64,000 nucleotides of DNA, taken from NCBI GenBank assembly GCA_049511415.1, contig JBEKYC010000013.1, positions 9,176 through 73,175 of the forward strand, written 5' to 3'. Positions within the stretch are counted from its first letter, which is position 1, and every line of letters starts with the position of its first letter. Below, one piece after another: positions 35,153 to 43,396 of this stretch. The stretch is from Bryobacteraceae bacterium (GTDB taxonomy: Bacteria > Acidobacteriota > Terriglobia > Bryobacterales > Bryobacteraceae). The notes under the pieces are model-generated. The model saw only the letters and a list, made by a program, of their open reading frames with translations, was not told the DNA's origin and did no database searches. Made by a program: the position numbers and the translations under genes.

Positions 35153-36979
35153 CTACTCCCAAGTAACGTTCACACCCGCGACATATTGGTAAAAGATGTA
35201 GGCCGCGTCCAAGCCGCTGGGTACCGGAGTGACTTCCACAGCCCCGCTCGCCGGCCCAACCTGCAACGAACCCGGCGGTATCGCCGCCGTGCTCCCCGCG
35301 GTGGAGGGCAGCGACTGCAGCACATACACCGGAATGGTAAACTCCCCGGCGCTTGAGGGCGCAATGCATTCCACGTATGCGCCAGGCGTTGTTTCCGTCG
35401 GCGTGAGCCCGGACTGTAGCGTCGAGCTGATGGCAAGGATATCCACGAAGCCGTTGGGGTCGCCGCCCGTCCAGGTGATGGTCAGCGGCGTCGCTCGGGA
35501 TATCGGGGCCGCTGTTATGATCTGGTTCGTCCATTGAAACGACGAAGCGGCCGCAGAAACGTCCAGACTCGCCGAAAACGCTCCCACGTTCCCGCCGCCA
35601 GGGCCCGTCACCGTGAACCCGCCGGCCAGTATGTCGTAACTCCACGAAGAAGTGCCCCATCCCTGTGCGCTCAGATAGAACGGCGCAAGACCGGTGCCCG
35701 CCAAGAGTTGAGCTAGGGTTGATCCGCCCACCAGCCCGTTGTATCCATCGCCATCAGCGAGCTTGGGAACAGGCTGTGTTCCGTTGGTACCTTCGATGCT
35801 CAGACTGGTTCCGGCGTCCAGCCACGTTACCGGTCCCAAGGCCCCTCCAAGCACCGGGTCCACCGGCGGCGGGTATGCCATGTACGTATAGACTGCGCAA
35901 TTATTCACCGTAGGTATATCGGTGAGTCCGAACGAAGCGTCCAATTGTTGCGTGTTCAGGTTGACGATCTCGCCGTTGACCGTATCGTTATCCCACTGAA
36001 AAGGAGAGCCAAAAATATACAAGGTTGTGTAATTGCTCAGCAAACCAATCGCCCCGACATTCACCGACCCCTTGCTGTCAATCGCCCCCGCCAGTTCGTT
36101 CATGTTGATGCCATCGGCATCCTGGCACGGCGCGCCCGCGGGATCTACGGCTAGGCTGGTGAAGTTACTGACAACCTGCGCCCCCGGCGCACCCGCGTAT
36201 ACAGCCACCTCGTTGTAGCAGCCGGACACTCCCTCCGGAACCGTGAACGCGATCAGGTCCTCCGCGGTGTAGCTGGATCTCCCGGCGTACTCCACGGTGG
36301 CTGGCTGGCCCCCGATCCACACGTTTACCAGGAAACTGGTGGTGCGCAGATCCACCTGGTACGGCGCTTGTTTGCCCTCCTGCCCGGGTTCGACCGCCGG
36401 ACCAAGTCCCGTGCCATGCAGTTCCACGATCTGGCCCGGCTTTGCCGTTTGAAATAAGGTGTTCTGCGTGGTGGATCCATCCGTGGCAATGTTGTAGAAC
36501 AGCCCGGCGCCTGATCCGGCCCCATTCAGCGCATAGCCGCCAGGCGAACTCGCCACGACCGTAACGGGCGCGGGATCGCTGCCGACGCCGCTCTGCGTCA
36601 CCACTACAGTGCCGGTGCCAGTGGGCATGCCGGATGGCATCACGGCGTCAATTTGGGTATTCGCCGAGCCCCAGGATGGTCCGACGTAGTAAATCAGAGC
36701 AGGCTTAGTTACGTCGCCAACCGACACCGTGACCGACGTCCCGTCGAGTGCAGTCGGCAAGGGATAAGTTCCCCAAGCACTCGTGCCGGTGCTGGTCGCA
36801 CTGCCATTCCCCAGAATGACGAAGAAGGCGCCCTGTGCGATAGAAGAGTTGGGCAGCGGAGAGTAGATAAAGCTCGCTGCGTTAGTGATGGAATTGATCG
36901 TCAGCTGGGCGTCGGCGACATCTGCCAGCAACCCAAAGCTCAGAACTAGAGCGCACACAACCTTCGCGGCTAGGTTCAT
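35153..36979 (-). CDS. secreted protein with N-terminal Solibacter-type TIGR03437-like domain
   Basis: 608 aa with signal peptide. 'INSITNAASF..IAQGAFFVILG..YPLPTALDGTSVTV..ALIYYVGP..QIDAVMP' follows the TIGR03437 pattern as I remember it. Confidence 0.65.
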   Translation of the reverse strand: MNLAAKVVCALVLSFGLLADVADAQLTINSITNAASFIYSPLPNSSIAQGAFFVILGNGSATSTGTSAWGTYPLPTALDGTSVTVSVGDVTKPALIYYVGPSWGSANTQIDAVMPSGMPTGTGTVVVTQSGVGSDPAPVTVVASSPGGYALNGAGSGAGLFYNIATDGSTTQNTLFQTAKPGQIVELHGTGLGPAVEPGQEGKQAPYQVDLRTTSFLVNVWIGGQPATVEYAGRSSYTAEDLIAFTVPEGVSGCYNEVAVYAGAPGAQVVSNFTSLAVDPAGAPCQDADGINMNELAGAIDSKGSVNVGAIGLLSNYTTLYIFGSPFQWDNDTVNGEIVNLNTQQLDASFGLTDIPTVNNCAVYTYMAYPPPVDPVLGGALGPVTWLDAGTSLSIEGTNGTQPVPKLADGDGYNGLVGGSTLAQLLAGTGLAPFYLSAQGWGTSSWSYDILAGGFTVTGPGGGNVGAFSASLDVSAAASSFQWTNQIITAAPISRATPLTITWTGGDPNGFVDILAISSTLQSGLTPTETTPGAYVECIAPSSAGEFTIPVYVLQSLPSTAGSTAAIPPGSLQVGPASGAVEVTPVPSGLDAAYIFYQYVAGVNVTWE

Positions 36980-36987
36980 AAATACGG

Positions 36988-37018
36988 ATTATACGCCCGG
37001 TTAATCGCCGGTTAATCA
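36988..37018 (-). promoter_or_regulatory. candidate promoter: tandem direct repeat GATTAACCGG-C-GATTAACCGG, then GCG, then TATAAT 8 nt upstream of the ATG (leaderless-like)
   Basis: Minus strand reads TCTGATTAACCGGCGATTAACCGGGCGTATAATCCGTATTTATG. There is no Shine-Dalgarno before ATG 36979. Confidence 0.3.
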
Positions 37019-37122
37019 GAAACTCAACCGGAAAGACGCCCGACAGCGTGCCACGCAGCACAAACGCGAGAATAAAAACGCAAGTTGACGTCGCGTACGG
37101 CAGCCGGCTCCGCCGGAAACTC

Positions 37123-37281
37123 TCACCTAATCCGGTTTATCAAGACCGCGAATCCTGTATACTCGCTGACGTCCACCAGGTCCGGCTTTCCATCGTTGTT
37201 GAAGTCGGCCGCCTGTGCCCACGCCGGCAAGTCGCCGGCCGTATAGCTCACCGGCGGCTGGAAGTATCCATTACCGTTGCC
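37123..37281 (-). pseudogene. single FG-GAP/VCBS repeat (52 codons), in frame immediately after the GH5 TAG stop; probable fossil 3' end of another gene
   Basis: Hand translation gives GNGNGYFQPPVSYTAGDLPAWAQAADFNNDGKPDLVDVSEYTGFAVLINRIR*. This matches the consensus 'GNGDGTFQ..V.Y..G..P..VAVADFNGDGKPDL......V.VLLN'. Confidence 0.5.
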
Positions 37282-38313
37282 CTACTTCACGTTGCCCATG
37301 AGCGCCTGCCGGGCAAATTCACCGGACGGCGTCAGCTTGTACTCCCAATTGCTGATCAGCGTGGGTCCCCACTCCGGATCGAAGCACCAGACCATCCAAC
37401 TGATGCCTTTGCCTTCGAGATATTTGATGATCGACGAGCCGTAATCCGCCACCGTGAATCCACCGAATTCGGTGGCTACCACGGGATACTTGGCAGATGC
37501 GAAGCCGAAGTCCTCTTCCCACTTCGGCTCCCATGGCCGCGGACGCTTGTTGGAATAAGGATGCGTGACGTAACCGATCCCATCGGCATTGACCGGCGCC
37601 AGGAGCAGCGGCGTCAGGTCATAAGCCCAATCAAAACCAGCCACCAAAGGAATGACCTGCGGATTGTAAGCCCGGATGATCGCGATCAGATCTTCCTGCA
37701 TTTTCTTCCACTCCATCCAGTTGACCGGTCCGAGTTGGTTGCGGAAAGTAGTGGGTTCGTTGAACAGCTCGAAGAAGGCGATGGTGTTATGGCCGGCGAA
37801 ATGCCGCGCGGCGGTGCGCCAGAAATTATAAGTCTCCTGCTGCGAAGTGTCGTACATCGGGTCCTGGAACAGCCCCGTAGTCAGGTTGCCGATGGAGTGC
37901 CAGTCGATATCGATGTACAAATCCAAGTCGGTACACCACTCCACGGCCTGATCGAGAAGTTTCAGATATTCGGCCGGCGTGCGTTCGCGCCACGCCACCG
38001 GATGCACGGGGATGCGCACGATGCGCGCCCCGAATTCCTTCACCTTTACGAAGTGGTCCTTATTCCAGTGGCCCTGGCCTGCGAGCTTATCCGGATCGGA
38101 TATCGACACGCCGCGGAACAGAACGGTGTTGCCTTGAGGGTCGACGAATTTGTTGCCTTTGACGGAGACCAACGGCATCTTCCTGGCGTTGGCGGTGTAG
38201 GGGCGGGCCCCGGCGGGCCGCTCGTTCCACCATTGATGAGTGCGCTGGTCCGCGGGAGTCTGCGCGGATAGCAGCGCAGCGCTCAGCAGGACGCAACATA
38301 TTAGAAGTCGCAT
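37282..38313 (-). CDS. glycoside hydrolase family 5 (cellulase/mannanase-type) secreted enzyme
   Basis: Signal MRLLICCVLLSAALLSAQ. 'VLFRGVS', 'IVRIPVHP', 'YIDIDWH', catalytic 'FELFNEP'. The antisense 407-aa ORF is rejected. Confidence 0.85.
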   Translation of the reverse strand: MRLLICCVLLSAALLSAQTPADQRTHQWWNERPAGARPYTANARKMPLVSVKGNKFVDPQGNTVLFRGVSISDPDKLAGQGHWNKDHFVKVKEFGARIVRIPVHPVAWRERTPAEYLKLLDQAVEWCTDLDLYIDIDWHSIGNLTTGLFQDPMYDTSQQETYNFWRTAARHFAGHNTIAFFELFNEPTTFRNQLGPVNWMEWKKMQEDLIAIIRAYNPQVIPLVAGFDWAYDLTPLLLAPVNADGIGYVTHPYSNKRPRPWEPKWEEDFGFASAKYPVVATEFGGFTVADYGSSIIKYLEGKGISWMVWCFDPEWGPTLISNWEYKLTPSGEFARQALMGNVK

Positions 38314-38361
38314 GCAAGCTCCAATTTAACTCCGAATCGGCAATTGACTAGACGTGAACTA

Positions 38362-39879
38362 TCAGATCAGCCCGTGCTCGCGCAGGACCGCGTCCACCTC
38401 GGGACGGCCGGTCGGCAGATCCACACTGGGGATAGCGGCGCCCGCCTCGATGAGCGCGCGCGCTACGCCGGCATAGTCGCCGCCAGGTTCGGCGCAATTG
38501 TGCGAACCGTGGCCGAACCAGCCCGGAGGCGTGCCATGAAACTGCTCGTCTTCGATGGCCAGCGACGCGCCATGCTGCAGCAGCAGGTCCACCAGGTCGG
38601 CATAGCCTTTCCAGCAGGCCCAATGCAGCGCCGTCGCTCCCATATCGCCGCGCGCGTCCACCGGCATGCCGGCGGCCAGCAGCCCTCGCACTGCCGCCGT
38701 GCGATGGCTCATGGCGAGATCTGGTAGTAGATGACGGCAGTTCACCGGCAGTTTCGCGGCGGGCTGGTTTGCGGCGAGGCGATCGAGTTCCTGTGCATCG
38801 GCCGTGGCGCACGCGCCCAGCAGGCGATCCAGCGGTGAAGCGTCCGTGCTGGCGCCCCGCGCCCCCAGGAGCGCGGCGATCGCCGTCTCGCCGCTGCGCA
38901 CAGCCAAGGCGTACGGCGTGCAGCCGTCATGGCGCGGCGGGTCCGGATTCGCGCCGGCATCCAGCAGCGCGCCTACGACGGCCGCGCTGCGTCCCCTCCA
39001 GAGCGCCCAGTGCAGCGCAGTTTCGCCGCGATGATTCTTTTCGTTGGGGTCCGCGCCGCCCGCCAGCAGCAAATGCACACCCGCCAGGTCCTCGCGGTCC
39101 AGCATGTGATTCAGCGCATTCGTGCCACCCGGTTTAGCCCCGTGGCTCAGTAGCAGCTTCACGCACTCGAGATCGGGGTGCTCGATGGAATGGTACAGCG
39201 ATTCGCCATCGTCAGGATTAGCGCCCGCTTCGAGCAGCACGCGCGCCAGCGCGGAATTGTTGTTGAGACCCGTAGCCGCGTAGAGACAGGAGAGAGGGTT
39301 GTCGGGATAGCCTTCGCTGATGATCGAAGCGTTCGGATCGGCGCCGCTCTGCAACAGGACGCGCGCGGTTTCGGCGAGATCGGCAGCCCGCGGACAGCCT
39401 CGGGCGGCGAAGCGGGAGAAACAGGCGTAGGCAAGTGGTGAGTAGTTTTGCGGGCCACCGCCGACGCGCGCCAACGCCGGCGCCGCAGCCAGCGTCTGGT
39501 CGACGGCGCGCCAGTTTCCCAGAACCAGGTCTACATAGAACCCGCCACGAGCCACACCAGGATGTGCGGCAAGCAGTTCTTCGGCCCGCCGCAGATCGGA
39601 AACGGCGGCGTCAATGAACGCCGCTACTCGGCCAGGGTCGTCCAGGCGCGACTGGACGATAAACGTACGAAAGCGGGGCCAACTGCGAAACCCTTGCTCC
39701 CGCGCCACGGTCAGTTGCGCGTCATGCAATTGCAGCGCCACGGGATCGAAGTTCTTCAATTGCCGCGCGATGCGCTCGCGCGCGGAAGAATCGCCCGTTT
39801 GGGCGGCTTTCAGCAAGGCTTTGGCCTGCTTGCGATAGTATTCGAGATTGAGGCTGGACGCCTCGGGATTGGCCGGCAT
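38362..39879 (-). CDS. ankyrin repeat protein
   Basis: Repeated 'LL.AGA(D/N)P(N/D)' ankyrin units (at least 7). ATG 39879 sits 4 nt after AAAGGAGG, so the listed TTG 39894 is less likely. Confidence 0.85.
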   Translation of the reverse strand: MPANPEASSLNLEYYRKQAKALLKAAQTGDSSARERIARQLKNFDPVALQLHDAQLTVAREQGFRSWPRFRTFIVQSRLDDPGRVAAFIDAAVSDLRRAEELLAAHPGVARGGFYVDLVLGNWRAVDQTLAAAPALARVGGGPQNYSPLAYACFSRFAARGCPRAADLAETARVLLQSGADPNASIISEGYPDNPLSCLYAATGLNNNSALARVLLEAGANPDDGESLYHSIEHPDLECVKLLLSHGAKPGGTNALNHMLDREDLAGVHLLLAGGADPNEKNHRGETALHWALWRGRSAAVVGALLDAGANPDPPRHDGCTPYALAVRSGETAIAALLGARGASTDASPLDRLLGACATADAQELDRLAANQPAAKLPVNCRHLLPDLAMSHRTAAVRGLLAAGMPVDARGDMGATALHWACWKGYADLVDLLLQHGASLAIEDEQFHGTPPGWFGHGSHNCAEPGGDYAGVARALIEAGAAIPSVDLPTGRPEVDAVLREHGLI

Positions 39880-40028
39880 ACGACCTCCTTTCAATTTGTG
39901 CCAATCGTCCGCATGACGGGCTGAAAGAAGGTTCGTTGAACTGCAGAAACTTCAATGGTGGGAAAGTCCCTTTCCGCGGACTGGCAGCGCCCATGTGCGC
40001 TTTCCGCATAATAACAAATCGAGGTCGT

Positions 40029-41282
40029 TTAATTGGCCCCACAGTCGGCGGCGCGATCCAGCAACAGTTTACGCTCGCGGGTGTTCCGCGTGAGAGCAGC
40101 CGCCCGCTCGAATTCGGCGCGCGCTTCGCCGAAGCGGCCCAGCTTGGCCAGTAGATCGCCGCGCACGCTGGGCAACAGGTGATAGTTCTCCAGCACCCGC
40201 GCGCCGATGAGCGTGTCGATGATTTCCAAGCCGGCTTGTGGACCGGCCGCCATGCCCACTGCCACGGCGCGATTCAGTTCCACCACGGGCGATGGGGTGA
40301 CCTCCGCGAGCGCCGCGTAGAGCATGGCGATGCGCGCCCAGTCCGTCTCGGCTGCATCTCGCGCCCGTGCGTGGCAAGCTGCAATGGCGGCCTGCAGCGT
40401 GTAGCGTCCACGCGCGCCGCCCAGTTGTTCGGCGCGAGAGAGAGCAGTCAGGCCGCGTCTGATGAGGAGTTGGTCCCATTGCGCGCGGTTTTGATCCAAC
40501 AGCAGGACCGGTTCGCCCAACCCGTTCACGCGCGCCCGCGCCCGCGATTCCTGGATCTCCATCAGCGCCACCAGCCCGTGCACTTCCGGCTCGCGCGGCA
40601 CAAGCTCGGCCAGGATGCGTCCCAGGCGCAGAGCATCCTCGCAGAGTGCCGGCCGCATCCAATCGTCGCCGGCCGTGGCCGAATAGCCTTCATTGAAGAT
40701 CAGGTAGACGACTTCCAGTACGGAAGACAAGCGGGCTGTCAACTCGTCGCCGCGTGGAACCTCGAACGGCACGCGGGCTTCGGCAAGTGTCCGTTTCGCG
40801 CGCACGATGCGCTGCGCGATGGTTGGCTCGGAAGCCAGAAATGCGCGCGCGATCTCGGCGGTAGTTAATCCTCCGAGCAGACGCAGCGTCAGCGCCACGC
40901 GGGCTTCCGTCGAGAGCACCGGATGACAGGCCACGAACACCAGGCGCAGGAGGTCATCGCCGATGGGATCGTCTATCGACGTATCTGGATACATCCGCTC
41001 CGCGCCAATCTCGCGGCCTAGCTCCTCGTGCTTGCGCTCGAGCATCTTGTTGCGGCGCAGCCAATCGAGTGCGCGATGTTTGGCCGTGCCCATCAGCCAG
41101 GCGCCGGGTTTCTCCGGTATGCCTTCCTCGGGCCACTGCTGCAGCGCCGCCAGCAATGCGTCCTGCGCCAGATCCTCTGCCACCCCGACGTCGCGGACCA
41201 TACATGCGAGCGCGGCGATGATGCGGGCAGATTCGATGCGCCAGATGGCGTCAATAGCGCGATGTGAGTCGGTAGTCCCCAT
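40029..41282 (-). CDS. ECF sigma factor with long C-terminal TPR-like extension (ECF42-type)
   Basis: 417 aa. Region 2 'DLAQDALLAALQQW', 'PGAWLMGTAKHRALDWLRR'. Region 4 'TAEIARAFL.SEPTIAQRIVRAKR'. Has a roughly 200-aa helical tail. Adjacent to DGPF/YCII genes. Confidence 0.85.
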   Translation of the reverse strand: MGTTDSHRAIDAIWRIESARIIAALACMVRDVGVAEDLAQDALLAALQQWPEEGIPEKPGAWLMGTAKHRALDWLRRNKMLERKHEELGREIGAERMYPDTSIDDPIGDDLLRLVFVACHPVLSTEARVALTLRLLGGLTTAEIARAFLASEPTIAQRIVRAKRTLAEARVPFEVPRGDELTARLSSVLEVVYLIFNEGYSATAGDDWMRPALCEDALRLGRILAELVPREPEVHGLVALMEIQESRARARVNGLGEPVLLLDQNRAQWDQLLIRRGLTALSRAEQLGGARGRYTLQAAIAACHARARDAAETDWARIAMLYAALAEVTPSPVVELNRAVAVGMAAGPQAGLEIIDTLIGARVLENYHLLPSVRGDLLAKLGRFGEARAEFERAAALTRNTRERKLLLDRAADCGAN

Positions 41283-41325
41283 CGACTACCGATCACATCA
41301 CTTTTTGTGACTCAGGCGCAACCGA

Positions 41326-41733
41326 TCACTTTGGCTGCATCTCGGGATCCTTGCCGAGGGCCTCCAGTACGTCGGCTGGGAAGTCGCCGATCTCCAGCAT
41401 CTGGCGGATCTCGATCACCTCGTTTTCCGAACCGGGGCAGCGGGAGGCCCATTCGATGGCTTCCTCCTTCGATCGCACCTGGATCATCCAATAGCCGCCC
41501 ACCACCTCCTTCGCTTCGATGAACGGCCCGTCGGTCACGGTGGGCTTGCCGCCGGCGAAGGAGACGCGCGCGCCCATGGAAGGCGGATGCATGCCATCGA
41601 GGGCCAGTAGTACGCCAGCCTTCTGCAGGCTCTCGTTGTACTGCCTCATGGTGGCTATCGCCTTGGCGTCCGGCAGGGTACCGGGAGCTGCCTTTTCATA
41701 GCCGTGCGGGATCATCAGCATCATGAAGCGCAT
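41326..41733 (-). CDS. YCII-related (DGPF) domain protein
   Basis: ATG 41733 gives MRFMMLMIP.., parallel to the MRFLSMYTP start of its neighbour. 'TDGPFIEAKEVVGGYWMIQV.SKEEA'. Confidence 0.85.
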   Translation of the reverse strand: MRFMMLMIPHGYEKAAPGTLPDAKAIATMRQYNESLQKAGVLLALDGMHPPSMGARVSFAGGKPTVTDGPFIEAKEVVGGYWMIQVRSKEEAIEWASRCPGSENEVIEIRQMLEIGDFPADVLEALGKDPEMQPK

Positions 41734-42092
41734 GTCTGCTCCCCCTGGGACGGGTCCATAATCTGACGGATTTCGCACTCGCCGTCGCCTGCGATGGCCA
41801 GGAACTGGCGTGTGATCTCAACCACGTGCTCCCGCGATTTGGCTTCTAAAATTGCCCAGCCGGCGATCACTTCCTTCGCTTCCGCGAACGGGCCGTCAAC
41901 CATGGCAACCTGGCCGCTCGTGCTGCGCACGCGCGCGCCGCCTTGCGAGACCGGCAGCAGCCCGCCGGTCGACACCAGGATGCCAGACTTGATGGACTCG
42001 GCCATGAACTGCCCCATCTTGGCCATTTCCTCTTTGCCGGGCGGCAAGGGCGATCGCGCGGGGTCCGGTGTGTACATCGAAAGGAATCTCAT
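41721..42092 (-). CDS. YCII-related (DGPF) domain protein
   Basis: 123 aa. 'VDGPFAEAKEVIAGWAILEAKSREH'. Overlaps the next DGPF gene by 13 nt. Confidence 0.85.
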   Translation of the reverse strand: MRFLSMYTPDPARSPLPPGKEEMAKMGQFMAESIKSGILVSTGGLLPVSQGGARVRSTSGQVAMVDGPFAEAKEVIAGWAILEAKSREHVVEITRQFLAIAGDGECEIRQIMDPSQGEQTCAS

Positions 42093-42151
42093 AGTTTTAT
42101 GTCTCGTGTTTACGTTTGTTCGGCTCGGCTATTGTGCCGGCCTCTATTCAT

Positions 42152-42180
42152 ACATCGAATGGGAATCGGCCGGATCGACA
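42152..42180 (-). promoter_or_regulatory. candidate ECF42-type promoter (TGTCGA - 17 nt - CGATGT) upstream of the DGPF-DGPF-sigma operon
   Basis: Minus strand reads gcTTGTCGAtccggccgattcccattCGATGT, about 60 nt upstream of ATG 42092. It matches my recollection of the ECF42 -35 TGTCGA / -10 CGA/TC motif, which I have not verified. Confidence 0.4.
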
Positions 42181-42217
42181 AGCGAATCACGTTATGATAA
42201 CCCGTTCAATCCTCAAT

Positions 42218-43396
42218 ATGACAGACATGTTTCGACAACGGCTGGAAGGGCTGGTTCGCGATCATGAACAGCTTATACAGCAACGGAATGAGCCGGTTCC
42301 CGAGGCGAGCGGCTGGTTTCAGCGCTACCGCTATCCGGTGCTAACGGCGGCCCATGCTCCGCTCGCGTGGCGCTACGATTTCGATCGGGAGGCCAACCCG
42401 TTTTTACTGGAACGGCAGGCGGTGAACGCCGCGTTCAATGTAGGCGCCATGGAGTGGCAGGGCAAAATCGTGTTGATGGCGCGGGTGGAGGGCGCCGACC
42501 GCAAGTCGTTTTTCGCGGTGGCGGAGAGCGCTACCGGCGTGGACGAGTTCCGCTTCTGGGACTATCCGGTGGTGATGCCCGAGGGCGCGGACCCGGAGAC
42601 CAACGTTTACGACATGCGGCTGACGGCACACGAAGATGGCTGGATCTACGGCCTGTTCTGTGCCGAACGCAAGGAACCCAATGCGCCGCCGGGCGATCTG
42701 TCGTCGGCCGTGGCGCAGTGCGGCATCGCACGCACGCACGATTTGCAGACGTGGGAGCGGCTGGACGATTTGCGTACGCCATCGGCGCAGCAGCGCAATT
42801 GCGTGCTGCATGCGGAGTTTGTGGATGGCAAGTATGCTTTCTATACACGTCCGCAGGATAGCTTCATCGAGGCGGGGCGCGGCGGCGGCATCGGCTGGGG
42901 CTTGGCCGCGAATATGGAGCACGCTGTGATCGAAGACGAGGTCATCATGGAGCGGCGCGCCTATCACACCATCAACGAGGTGAAAAATGGCCTGGGTCCG
43001 GCGCCCATCAAGACCGCGCGAGGTTGGCTGCACCTGGCGCATGGCGTGCGTAATACCGCGGCCGGTCTGCGTTACGTCTTGTATTGTTTCCTCTGCGACT
43101 TGGCCAAACCGTGGGAGGTGACCGCCCACCCCGGCGGATACTTCCTGGCGCCGCGGGGCGAAGAGCGCGTGGGCGACGTTTCGAACGTGGCGTTTTCCAA
43201 CGGCTGGGTGGCGCGCGGGGACGATGTTTTCATCTATTACGGCGCGTCCGACACGCGCACTTACGTCGCCACGACCACGGTGGAGCGCTTGCTCGATTAC
43301 GTGCTGAACACGCCGCCCGATCCGCTGCGCAGTGCATTGTGCGTGGCGCAACGGATCGCGCTGATCGATAAGAACCACCACCAGGCCCGCCAATGA
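42218..43396 (+). CDS. GH130 glycoside phosphorylase, 4-O-beta-D-mannosyl-D-glucose phosphorylase-like
   Basis: 'RYRYPVLTAAHAPLAWRYDFD.EANPFLLER', 'RVEGADRKSFFAVAES..G.D.FRFWDYPV' closely recall Bacteroides MGP. Start ATG 42218 (alternative 42194). The listed 42116 start is an extension. Confidence 0.88.
   Translation: MTDMFRQRLEGLVRDHEQLIQQRNEPVPEASGWFQRYRYPVLTAAHAPLAWRYDFDREANPFLLERQAVNAAFNVGAMEWQGKIVLMARVEGADRKSFFAVAESATGVDEFRFWDYPVVMPEGADPETNVYDMRLTAHEDGWIYGLFCAERKEPNAPPGDLSSAVAQCGIARTHDLQTWERLDDLRTPSAQQRNCVLHAEFVDGKYAFYTRPQDSFIEAGRGGGIGWGLAANMEHAVIEDEVIMERRAYHTINEVKNGLGPAPIKTARGWLHLAHGVRNTAAGLRYVLYCFLCDLAKPWEVTAHPGGYFLAPRGEERVGDVSNVAFSNGWVARGDDVFIYYGASDTRTYVATTTVERLLDYVLNTPPDPLRSALCVAQRIALIDKNHHQARQ

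Noticed and set aside
37048-38271. 407-aa ORF antisense to the GH5 gene
   Set aside because: The minus-strand product has a signal peptide and the GH5 NEP catalytic motif. The plus-strand ORF is compositionally non-coding-like.
42116-42217. Upstream extension of the GH130 ORF (listed start 42116)
   Set aside because: The extension has no homology to MGP N-termini and covers the divergent promoter region. ATG 42218 aligns with the known N-terminus.
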